Part shown: positions 52,771-64,000 of the stretch, one piece after another
How the letters are laid out: each line of letters starts with the position of its first letter
How positions within the stretch are numbered: position 1 is the first letter of the stretch
Assembly: GCA_964016885.1 (NCBI GenBank)
Contig: OZ024742.1
Span: 33,852,001 to 33,916,000 of the forward strand
Source of the DNA: Eledone cirrhosa
Lineage: Eukaryota
Direction of reading: 5' to 3'
DNA length: 64,000 nt
Notes under the pieces: generated by a model
Database searches by the model: none
Told to the model about the DNA's origin: nothing
The model's input: only the letters and a program-made list of their open reading frames with translations
Made by a program: the position numbers and the translations under genes

Positions 52771-55297
52771 TTGGTGCTACTGGTAACATGTATCCCAGTA
52801 CAACCTGTCTCATGGTCGGGTCGTTGGCGACTAAACTGGCAACCCCACCAAGGTTTCTTGGTGAGAAGGGTGACTTTGGACATCCTGCAGGACTAAAAAG
52901 AAAACCTGTCAAAGGGCAAAGGATCTCTTAAGAGTCAATGGCCATCCAAAATCACCGGGGGAGATGACCCCTTAGCCTTTGTCAAGGCAGAATTCTAGGA
53001 GAAGGAAAACTCTGATATAACACCTGCAACCCTGATGGTATCCAATGATATTGAGTTGTTCTTCTTTTTTGTAAATATCATCTTGGTTAAGAGAGTAGGA
53101 CTGGCTTTGTGCAGTGCCTTTGCTCACTATAAAAGCTTCACGGCACAGACATTGCTTTATATCTGGAGATCTCTCTGCCCTTGTCGTCACATGGTACCAT
53201 GGGCTTGTGTCAATAATTGTCACAAGTGTAGTGTTTGTACCAGAGTTTTCAAGTCGCCTGCTGGACTAAAAATTCACACTCGTTCAGCGCATCGGTAGGG
53301 GTTCTCCTATATGGATATAAAGTAGTGGCCGTACTCGAAAACGAGTGGGCAGCCACCATGTATATATGTATGTATATATATATGTATGTATATATGTATA
53401 TGTCGGGTCACCAGTTGGTGCTACTGGTAACATGTATCCCAGTACAACCTGTCTCATGGTCGGGTCGTTGGCGACTAAACTGGCAACCCCACCAAGGTTT
53501 CTTGGTGAGGAGGGTGACTTTGGACATCCTGCAGGACTAAAAAGAAAACCTGCCAAAGGGCAAAGGATCTCTTAAGAGTCAATGTCCATCCCAAATCACC
53601 GGGAATGATGACCCCTTAGCCTTTGTCAAGGCAGAATTCTAGGAGAAGGAAAACTCTGATATAACACCTGCAACCCTGATGGTATCCAATGATATTGAGT
53701 TGTTCTTCTTTTTTGTAAATATCATCTTGGTTAAGAGAGTGGGACTAGCTTTGTGCAGTGCCTTTGCTCACTATAAAAGCTTCACGGCACAGACATTGCT
53801 TTATATCTGGAGATCTCTCTGCCCTTGTCGTCACATGGTACCATGGGCTTGTGTCAATAATTGTCACAAGTGTAGTGTTTGTACCAGAGTTTTCAAGTCG
53901 CCTGCTGGACTAAAAAGTCACACTCGTTCAGCGCATCGGTAGGGGTTCTCCTATATGGATATAAAGTAGTGGCCGTACTCGAAAACGAGTGGGCAGCCAC
54001 CATGTATATATGTATGTATATATATATGTATGTATATATGTATATGTCGGGTCACCAGTTGGTGCTACTGGTAACATGTATCCCAGTACAACCTGTCTCA
54101 TGGTCGGGTCGTTGGCGACTAAACTGGCAACCCCACCAAGGTTTCTTGGTGAGGAGGGTGACTTTGGACATCCTGCAGGACTAAAAAGAAAACCTGTCAA
54201 AGGGCAAAGGATCTCTTAAGAGTCAATGTCCATCCAAAATCACCGGGAATGATGACCCCTTAGCCTTTGTCAAGGCAGAATTCTAGGAGAAGGAAAACTC
54301 TGATATAACACCTGCAACCCTGATGGTATCCAATGATATTGAGTTGTTCTTCTTTTTTGTAAATATCATCTTGGTTAAGAGAGTGGGACTAGCTTTGTGC
54401 AGTGCCTTTGCTCACTATAAAAGCTTCACGGCACAGACATTGCTTTATATCTGGAGATCTCTCTGCCCTTGTCGTCACATGGTACCATGGGCTTGTGTCA
54501 ATAATTGTCACAAGTGTAGTGTTTGTACCAGAGTTTTCAAGTCGCCTGCTGGACTAAAAAGTCACACTCGTTCAGCGCATCGGTAGGGGTTCTCCTATAT
54601 GGATATAAAGTAGTGGCCGTACTCGAAAACGAGTGGGCAGCCACCATGTATATATGTATGTATATATATATGTATGTATATATGTATATGTCGGGTCACC
54701 AGTTGGTGCTACTGGTAACATGTATCCCAGTACAACCTGTCTCATGGTCGGGTCGTTGGCGACTAAACTGGCAACCCCACCAAGGTTTCTTGGTGAGGAG
54801 GGTGACTTTGGACATCCTGCAGGACTAAAAAGAAAACCTGTCAAAGGGCAAAGGATCTCTTAAGAGTCAATGTCCATCCAAAATCACCGGGAATGATGAC
54901 CCCTTAGCCTTTGTCAAGGCAGAATTCTAGGAGAAGGAAAACTCTGATATAACACCTGCAACCCTGATGGTATCCAATGATGTTGACTTGTTCTTCTTTT
55001 TGGTAAATATCATCTTGGTTAAGAGAGTGGGACTAGCTTTGTGCAGTGCCTTTGCTCACTATAAAAGCTTCACGGCACAGGCATTGCTTTATATCTGGAG
55101 ATCTCTCTGCACTTGTCGTCACATGGTGCCATGGGCCCAGCACTATGTGTCAATAATTGTCAAAGGTGTAGTGTTTGTACCAGAGTTTTCAAGTCGCTGG
55201 CTGGACTAAAAAGTCACATTTGTTTAGCGCATCGGTAGGGGTTCTCCTACATGGATATAAAGTAGTGGCCGTACTCGAAAACGAGTTGGCAGCCACC
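52771..55297 (+). mobile_element. Four tandem 644-bp RTE-derived non-autonomous elements separated by (ATGT)-type tails
   Basis: Period of 644 (52771, 53415, 54059, 54703). RTE-like UTR motif ctaggagaaggaaaactctga, C2H2 remnant HKCSVCTRVFKSPAGLKSHTRSAH*, and 3' stem-loop GTGGC..CTCGaaaaCGAG..GCCAC. Confidence 0.85.
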
Positions 55298-55365
55298 ATG
55301 TATGTATGTATGTATGTATGTATGTATGTATGTATGTATGTATGTATGTATGTATGTATGTATGT

Positions 55366-58300
55366 GTTCTTCTGGTTTTATAATTTCACAAAGTTTTACC
55401 AATAGAGAGAGAGTCGGTTACTAACATAGACACAAGACTCTCTCATTGGAATTTACACAACATCAACTAGGTAGATATGTATGCATGTTTGCATGTGTAG
55501 ATATGGATGTTATTGTATGTGTGGATGTGGATGTTTTTAGTTGTATGTGTGCATGTGTATATGCTTTGTATCTGTACATGTGTATATGCAGTTATTAGAT
55601 GCAAAATGTTTGGAATGTTTTACATATTTTTACTGTTCCATTAATGGATTGTACTTGTAGTTTCCTAACTAGTTGTGTTCTTTCTGTTCCTGTGAAGCCT
55701 AGCTTCTCAATATTTGTATTGAGGCAGTTACTAACATACCCCAGTGCCCCAATAATCACAGGCATAAATCTGAAGGTGTAATCAGGGTGGAGTATCTGCA
55801 GATTTTTCATCAGTGCTGCATAAATATTCTCCTTTTCACTAATCTTTGATATTATATTGGCACTGCTGGGCAGCTAATTTCCACTACTGTGTATGTTTTC
55901 TTCTCCCTGTCCCATATCATAATATCTGGTCTGTTATGCCTGCATTTTATTGGGGTTTTTACTGGAACATTCCACCAGTACTCTTTCATATTATGTACAT
56001 GGATGTCTTCCACATTGTTGTAGCTTTTAATGTGTTTATTATCGGGGCTATTTTTTTTACGAACTGCATTGTACAGTGTTTTGGCCACTACATCATACCT
56101 CATAAGTAGATAGTACCGCGATGACATCTTTGGACAGCTGCTGATGACATGGGTGATATCCTCGATGTTAGTTCTGCAGAGTCTGCACTTGTTATCACAT
56201 CTAGGTGTTTTGCCTGCATCCCTATCTCTTTTGTGAATCAGGTATTTCGTGCTAATCTCCTGTTCTTGGATTGCAAAAGCGTATCCTTCAAAGTGGGAGC
56301 CAATATAGCGGTTGTTGGTCCAAGATAGACTAGTTTCCTTATCTATATTACTCTCGCTCTGGAGCTTCCTGGCAACATATCCATGCATGATTTTTTGCTG
56401 ATAGGCATGCAGTTTGTCATCCATGGATTCACTGCGATACTGCTGAGCGACATCCCTGGGTGTGAGTTTTTGATTATCACAAAGGGAATATCTCTCAAGG
56501 AGTTCCTTCCCAACTCTCATGATCTTATCTCTTTCATGCAGATAGACTTGCTCGAGAAGCTGGCTCCTACGCTTCGAGGTTCATAGATGTTGTCGGAGAG
56601 ATATGATGCGGCATTCAAATGTTGTCTGGACTGATGTTAGGCCTCTGCCTCCCTGCTTACGTTTCAAGTAAAGGCGGTCTACGTCACTGTTGATGTGGAA
56701 GTTTCCGGTGTTGTTCAGTATTTTTCGAGTTCCAACATCAACTGCTCGGATTTCGTCTATCGTCCAATTGAGTATTCCAAACGTTGGTGTTAGGACAGGT
56801 ACAGCAAACGCATTGTGAACCACTGTTTTGTTTTGCGCAGAGAGTTCCGATGACCAGATCTTTCTTAATCGATGTAGTATTCCCTGGTTACGCGTTCTTT
56901 ATTACAGATACCATTATAGGATATGTTCTCATCTATCCCCAGGTATCTGTAGCAGTCCTCATCAGATATCGGTGAAACAGTTAGACCATTGATGACAATG
57001 TTGCTATATTGGGTTGTTGTTTTTCCCCGCTTTACAGTCATGTATGAGCATTTATCTTGGCCAAACTCCATTCCTATATCCTTTGAGAACGTTGTAACCA
57101 GGTCAAGATTTTTCTTCATCCCATCCATGTTCTTGGCATAGAGTTTCTTATCGTCCACAAAGAAGTTATGGGTTAGGTTCGTATTTCTGTCCTGTGAGCC
57201 AATGATGTATCCCTCACATTTCTTGAGCAGAAAGGACAAGGGGTTTAATGACAAGATGAACAATATCACAGAGAGACTGTCCCCTGAAATATACCCCTGC
57301 AATATTTTATTTTATCAGTGAAAATAGAGTCCTCCCTCTCTGTCTTTAACCTTAGGATAGTAGCCCAAGAAGAAGACAGCTTCTCTATGGCTCTGACAAT
57401 AATGTCTGGGACTTTAGCAAGTTGGAGGGCCTCTATCATCCAAGAGTGGGGAACAGAATCGAAAGCTTTCTTGTAGTCCAGCCAGACTGTAGTCATATTT
57501 CGCCTAAGTTGTCTCACCTCCGACATCGCAGTTTTGTTGATTAGGAGTTGTTCAGCACATTCCCAAACCCTTTTCTTTCCAGCTGCTTGTTCATCTGTGG
57601 TAATATTATTATTTTCACAGTGATCTTGGATGAATAGGTTCAGGCAGGCTGTATACATCTTATACATCAGGTTCTGGCATGCAATGGGTCTGTAGTTTTT
57701 TTGCCAAGTGGATGTCTTTGTTCTTGGGGACCAGTAACGTTTGTGCTAATGTCAACCATTCTGGTATAAGTGTATCTCCCTTAAGAACTTGTTGGTAGAG
57801 GTCAGTAAGATACCTCCGATAGAATATTAGTTTTTTGTACCAGTAGCCGACAATCATGTCTCTTCCTGGTGTTTTCTTATCTTGGAGTTTTCCTATCACC
57901 GTCTCAAGGGTACCTTCACTTATTTCGTATGTTTTTGTTGTAGTGTAGGAGCAATAGTTCTTTCGGATTTCTCTTAGCCACACTGCATCTTGGTTGAAAT
58001 TCTTCTTTTCACCCCATATTTTTCTCCAAAAAGAATCTGTCTTTCTGGGATGGGGCCTCAGTGACACTTATTATTTTGCCCTTCATATCTCTATAGACTG
58101 ATGTTTGGTTTCGTCTGAATCTTTTATTAAGCAATTTTCTCTCATCTACCTTCTTCAGCTATCGGCGTTTTTCGCTAACAGCTCTCAATTCTTGTTTGAG
58201 GGTGATCAGCTTATATTGGAGAGTTCTGGTTCTACTGTTACCAAACATCGTCTCTATTTTATTTTTCACTCTTTGTTGGTGTGGAGTGAGATTTTTTTGT

Positions 58301-59474
58301 GTTTGTTTGCATGTAAGGAGTATTATCACATGTCCTATGTTTTTTCGTAGGTCAGCACTCTTTTTTTCTATTTTAGTTATATATGATGGTATTTTTGGTG
58401 GTGTTTTGTTCTTGTTAATATCTCTGCTATCACCAAGATAATGCTTCACTGTCATTGTTAAGGCATATAAACAGGCGTTGATTTGCCAAAATGTTGGGTT
58501 TTTTATCCGTCGTGAATATTCATCCCCTATTTCGTCAATAACTCGTAGTATTTCATTATTTGGTTTTTTATTCACCATTGTCATTGTAACACGTTCAGCA
58601 AGAGAGATATTTATACATGAGTTAATTTCTCTCTGGAAGATTTCGTTGAGGGAAATTTTCAATTGTTTATACTTTGGATTATAATTATCGATAGTCGAGG
58701 TAGACTCGGATGGTATACGTGGTGTCACATTTATTCGATTATTATTATTATTATTATTATTTCTTCGATTATTATTATTATCGATAGTGTTTTCCCCAGC
58801 ATTCGAGGTAGACTTAGATGGTACAGGTGGTGTCAAATTTCTTACAGGCATAGTTGTTTCAAGGCGCTGTTCGACCTGGCTGCTAGGAAGTCTAGTAGCA
58901 TGGCGATTTGTAGCACGTGTTGTTGATTCCATGTTTGTTGTGGGGGACTTACAATTAATAATATTTATCTTATTTTTACGTTCAACAAACGTCGCTTGTT
59001 GGCGTAATTGTTTCGCTGTGAAATAATTTAGCTCTGGGTGCATTTCGTCCCAGTGTAGCTTCATTCTATTCATATAGCCAATATTGTTTTTTGCCATTTT
59101 ATAACAATTAAATAAATCATTATTAAGTTCGCAACTCCAAGAGAAATGCGATTTATAATTTCGGTTTCTTCTGTAGTTACATCTAAATAAAGTTTGATTA
59201 CCTTCTTTGTTATTTGTCTTCGATACTTCCTTAATTTTTTTGTTGATGTTGTGTTCAGCCATGCAGTTTGTAGCAAATCCTTGTAAAATTAATTATGTAT
59301 TTAGTCGGATATCTCTACGAATTCGAATAAAAGGTGTCTTCAGAAGGGATAGTTAGAAGAATAACCAGTTATTCAACATGGCTGTAGTTGTGGCATTACT
59401 GTCGGAGATAGTATTCATCTGAAATTTAATAAATAGTCTCCCACGCCAAAATATGCGACTGATCGCGTTGACTG
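55366..59474 (-). mobile_element. Near-full-length R4/Dong-clade non-LTR retrotransposon (frameshifted), copy 1
   Basis: N-terminal GYM.RM...W...HPE, RT (WLDYKKAFDSVPH, GIFQG, FFVDD), CCHC (CRLC...H..S.C) and RLE (RPDI...EISCP). (TATG)n on both sides. Confidence 0.92.
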
Positions 59475-59526
59475 ATGTATGTATGTATGTATGTATGTAT
59501 GTATGTAGGTATCTATGTATGTATGT

Positions 59527-62500
59527 CTCTTTCTCTTAATTTCGAGTATATTTTTTTGACCGGCCACCTTCCTGGTGGCAAGGTTGTAAAGGAAAGGAAA
59601 TTGTCATCCCTTGAATCGCAAGAATGTTTTGCAGATTTTGAAGGTGCCAGCTATCGCAGCCATTTGTAGACTATGAATTAGGGAGCTGCGCTTTTTGTCC
59701 GCAAATCCAAGTTCAGTCATACTTTCGTCCAAGCGGGTTGGTATATAACCCGTAGCACCAATAATGATGGTATGAAGCTAAAGCTGTATCTTGGATAATG
59801 GATTTGTAAACTCCTCATCAATGGTCCGTAGATGTCCTCCTTCTCCTGTATTTTTCTGACAACGTTAACATCAAGTGGGCAGCTGATATCCACAACAGAA
59901 CACGTTTTCAATGTGTGGTCCCAAACAACAATATCAGGCCAGTTGTGCTTTAATTTGGTGGCAGTTTTTATTTTCAGGTTCCACCAGTATTCCTTAGTGC
60001 CATCTGTCTCAATATATTCTTCCTCGTTTGTTGTTAATTTTGTTTTCCGAAGTGCGTTCCAGATGGTTCTAGCTATCCCATCGTGTCTCATGGGGAGGTA
60101 GTAGCGAGATGACATTCTTTCGCAGCCGGCAACAATGTGGCTTACATCCTCGATCTTTGTTTTACATAGCCTACATTTATTGTCAGCTGCTGGCCCTCCT
60201 CTTTTGTGCAGCAGATATTTAGTAGGGAGTTCTTGTTCCTGTATTGCATAGAGATATCCCTCAAGGTGTGATGTCATAAACTTGTCGGAACTCCATGCCA
60301 GGCTTTTTGAGTGGTTTATCCCCTCTATGGTCTGTGTTTTACGTCTCAAGTATCCGTGCACAACTTTTTCTGTAAATTGGGTGAGAGATTTATATCAGGC
60401 TTTATTCCATATCTCTCCTCCAGATCAGTGGCTATCCTAATGATATTTTTTTCTTCATGCTCATAAACCTGGGCAAGATGATTGCCAACCTTTTTCCTCT
60501 GTTGAAGATGTTGCTTCAGTGTTACTATCCGGGTCTCATATGATGTTAATATGGATTTTAGACCCCCGCCACCTTCCTTGCGTGAGAAGTATAGTCTATC
60601 CACATCACCATTGATGTTAAGTCCTCAGTAACACTGAGAAGTTTGCGAGTTCTAACATCCATCTCACTTAGTTCTTGCAATGACCAGTTCAGCAGGCCAA
60701 ATGTTGGCGTTAGAATTGGCATAGCATAAGTATTGTGGGCAATGTATTTGTTGTACGCTGACAGTTCTGATGACCATATTTTCTTTACTCTTCTGAAGTA
60801 TTAAGTTCTGTTTCTCTCCTTATTTTATGGGTTCATCATATCTGACATTCTCATCCTGTCCAAGATATCTGTAGTTGTCACTTGACTGTAGAGGTTGTAT
60901 TGTCAGGCCGTTCATCTCTAGATTTCTAGAGGAGGGCACAGCTCTTCCACGTTTTACTGCCAAATATGCAGACTTGGACTCACCAAATTTAATTTTGATA
61001 TCTGTTGAAAATTGTGTAATGAGATCCAATTGTTTCTTGATGTCATTGATATTTGGCTCATACAACTTCAGGTCATCAACAAAGAAAAGATGGGAGATAC
61101 TTCTGGACCCATTTCTTTGTCCACCTTGTTTCCTGAGTATTGTGTACTGGTGTACCAGTTCTTGGTCAGACGTTCAACAGCAGCTACCAGTGGTTGTGGG
61201 ACTTTGGCTAACTGTAAAGCCTTAACAATCCACCCATGAGGTACACTATCAAATGCTTTTTGATAGTCCAGGCACACCACAGTCATGTTTCTGCGATTCT
61301 TTGTTGTTTTTTCTTGAATCATTTTATTAGTTAGTAGGTGATCTATGCAACCCCACACCTCCCTCTTTTCACCAGCTTGCTCAGGTGTTATGGTGTTGTT
61401 AGTAACACCGTGATCCTGTAAGAACAGGTTAAGGCACCCAGTATATCATTTATACATGATGTTTTGGCCAGCTATTGGGCGGTAATTTTTAGCAAGGGTG
61501 GTTTGGCTATTTTGGGGAATGAGGAGAGTAGTGGCAGTTGATAACCATCTGGGCAGTTCTTATGTGCCTTTAATGGTTTCTGTAAACAGCCGTATGAGAT
61601 CTTGCCGATAGAAAGTGAAATTCTTCAGCCAGTATCCTGTAATGAGGTCTGGGCCTGGTGATTACCTATTCGACATTTTCTGTAGAGTTGTTTCCAGTAT
61701 TGACCCATCTATGTCATATTGTTTTGTCTGGACATGTTGGCAGTAGTCCTGCTCCAGTTCTTTTAGCCATTTAGTTTGTCTATTGAATCCGTCATCCGTT
61801 TCCCATACAGATATCCAGTAGCTCTCAACCTGTTCTTTTGAAGGGGTGTCATTTACAGAGATTGAGCTTTTGCCACCGAAGCTGCGATAAACTGATTTAG
61901 GATCTCTGGCAAACAATCTATTTAGCACTTATCGTTTATGTGCTGTTGACTTATATTTTAGTCTTTCTGTTGTAGCTGTGAGTTGTTATTTAAACTGGTG
62001 TAATTTGGAGTTTAAAGTTTTAAATGTTTATCTCCAAATCGTCTCTCTAATTTTTTTTATGTCGTGTGAAGTTGCTCTCTATGTTGCATTTCATAACGAC
62101 TGCGATTTGTGAGATACTTCGTCTCAGGGACAACATTTTGCTTTTTAAATTTCGCATCCACGTTGGTTCAGGCTTTTTGTTCGTATCTTGATTGCGTGGC
62201 TTTAGATGTGTTTTATATAATAGCAATGTGACAGTTGAAACATATAAAAAAATGTTAAGCATTTCAAATGTCGTTTCTACACCTTTAGATCGTATAGCCT
62301 TCAGATAATTGTCACCTATTTCGTTCACCGCTTCCAATTCCAATTTAGTGGGTTCTTTACTGATTCTTGTGTTGTATGGTCTGTCACTCACATTAAGGCT
62401 ATGTATCTCTTGAAACATATCATCCCATATCACTTGTAAGGTGTCTACAAGTTTTTGGTGTTCTGTTTGTACAGTAGAGCTATGAATTTCAGCCTCGTTG

Positions 62501-63561
62501 TTGATGTGGTGACAATTACTACTAGAGTTAGCTGACCTTTCTCGCTGTTCTTCAGTGGAAGTGGGATGGATTTCAGCAAAATTGTTGGTGAGCTGGTCAC
62601 TGTTAGATTTAGCTGGCCATTCTCTTTGTCTGTCAGTGGAGGTGGGGTGGTTGTCTACAAGGGCTGTATTTGTAGTATCATTCAATTCCGTTAGATGTAT
62701 CAATTTACATCTAATGATACGTTTTGCCTGTTCATTTAAATGCTTTGGAGAAAAGTCTAATTCTGTGTGTTTGGAGTTCCATACAGTTTTTAGCCTTTGC
62801 ATAAAACCGAACTTTTGGGGTTCAGATTGTTTGTATGCTTCATATAATTCTTTGTTAAGCTCGTAGCTCCACTGTATACAACGGTTGTAGTTGCGATTTG
62901 GTCGAAAGAGACTTGTACGTTTTGCCATGATGAGTTCGTCTATTCACTAATATTTTGTATTTATTTTTCAAAATAGTCGATGACCTTCTTTAAAAGTTTC
63001 GACAAAGTTCTGTCAGAATCAAATTTAAAGTTATTCACAGCTTGGGTAATATTTCTTTTCAGTTAGTTTTTAATTCTACAACTGCGTTTTAAACGTTGTT
63101 TTTGAATCGTTTGAATCAAGAACAAAAAGAACCGTTACTTAGTATATTCCTTTATGAATGTAATATAATATAACAACGCTGTATATATATATTAAAGTTT
63201 ATGTATCATTCATATAAATAGGTGTTCTACAACATATTCACAACATACTCACAGTTCAAACACTTATGTTTTTGTTTCTGAATCGAAAACGTTACTTGCA
63301 TATTTCTTTACAAATGTAATATAACAACGTTGCATTTATATGTTGAAGTGTATGTATCGTTCATATATCATAAGTGTATGTATCGTTCATATAAATAGGT
63401 GTTTTACAACACACTTACAGTTCAAACACTTATGTAGAATTATTGTATGTAATCTTACCGCGTAATCTAGCTCAAGGTTTTCCAATATATGGTATGTTGC
63501 CTTCATGTAAGCCGTAATTACACACGTCCGATTATCGGACACTGACCATAACGGTCGCCAT
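59527..63561 (-). mobile_element. Near-full-length R4/Dong-clade element of a distinct family (frameshifts, RT deletion)
   Basis: Same domain order (LDYQKAFDSVPH, FFVDDLKLY, CRLC, PDIVVWD...DISCP); flanked by (TATG)n. Confidence 0.92.
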
Positions 63562-63650
63562 TGTATGTATGTATGTATGTATGTATGTATGTATGTATGT
63601 ATGTATGTATGTATGTATGTATGTATGTATGTATGTATGTATGTATGTAT

Positions 63651-64000
63651 CCGGGAGAGATGACCCCTTAGCCTTTGTCAAGGCAGAATTCTAGGAGAAG
63701 GAAAACTCTGATATAACACCTGCAACCCTGATGGTATCCAATGATGTTGACTTGTTCTTCTTTTTGGTAAATATCATCTTGGTTAAGAGAGTGGGACTGG
63801 CTTTGTGCAGTGCCTTTGCTCACTATAAAAGCTTCACGGCACAGGCATTGCTTTATATCTGGAGATCTCTCTGCACTTGTCGTCACATGGTACCATGGGC
63901 CCAGCACTATGTGTCAATAATTGTCACAAGTGTAGTGTTTGTACCAGAGTTTTCAAGTCGCTGGCTGGACTAAAAAGTCACACTCGTTCAGCGCATCGGT
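63651..64000 (+). mobile_element. 5'-truncated copy of the 644-bp RTE-derived element (runs off the window)
   Basis: Matches 54887-55236. Confidence 0.9.

Noticed and set aside
53035-53298. 87-aa C2H2-finger ORF in each 644-bp unit as a real gene
   Set aside because: The finger matches a LINE C-terminal remnant, and the frame is broken in unit 4 and in the 63651 copy.
63460-63560. HDV-like fold at the 5' end of R4-like copy 2 (GTGTAAT/ATTACGC pairing, GGCAAC)
   Set aside because: The spacing is too short for P3 plus P1; unsupported without a covariance search.

Overview
This is AT-rich, microsatellite-saturated animal genomic DNA. The SINE and microsatellite content looks like an octopus or other coleoid cephalopod, which is an inference. 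The window lies inside one minus-strand host gene, a GluN3 (NR3)-type NMDA receptor subunit. Two of its exons are visible: a 1033-bp exon at 38447-39479 and a 131-bp exon at 946-1076 that the ORF track misses, joined by a ~37.4-kb intron. The introns are packed with retroelements: tRNA-SINEs, Penelope-like (PLE) GIY-YIG/RT fragments, CRE, RTE/RTE-X, Tx1-like L1, CR1/Jockey-like pieces, two near-full-length R4/Dong-like elements and Tc1/mariner-type MITEs. The most striking signal is a dense, diverse set of type-I hammerhead ribozyme (HHR) motifs (CUGANGA...GAAA...NUH, nearly always with a palindromic stem III). By eye there are about 25 complete copies in roughly a dozen sequence families, plus half-motifs. 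They are carried by short non-coding units inserted in (TA)n and arranged as tandem monomers (310, 594, 654 and 715 bp) or fold-back hairpins. These include a retrozyme-like 310-bp array and HHRs with unusually long or branched stem II supported by covariation. All structures were read by eye and none was computed.
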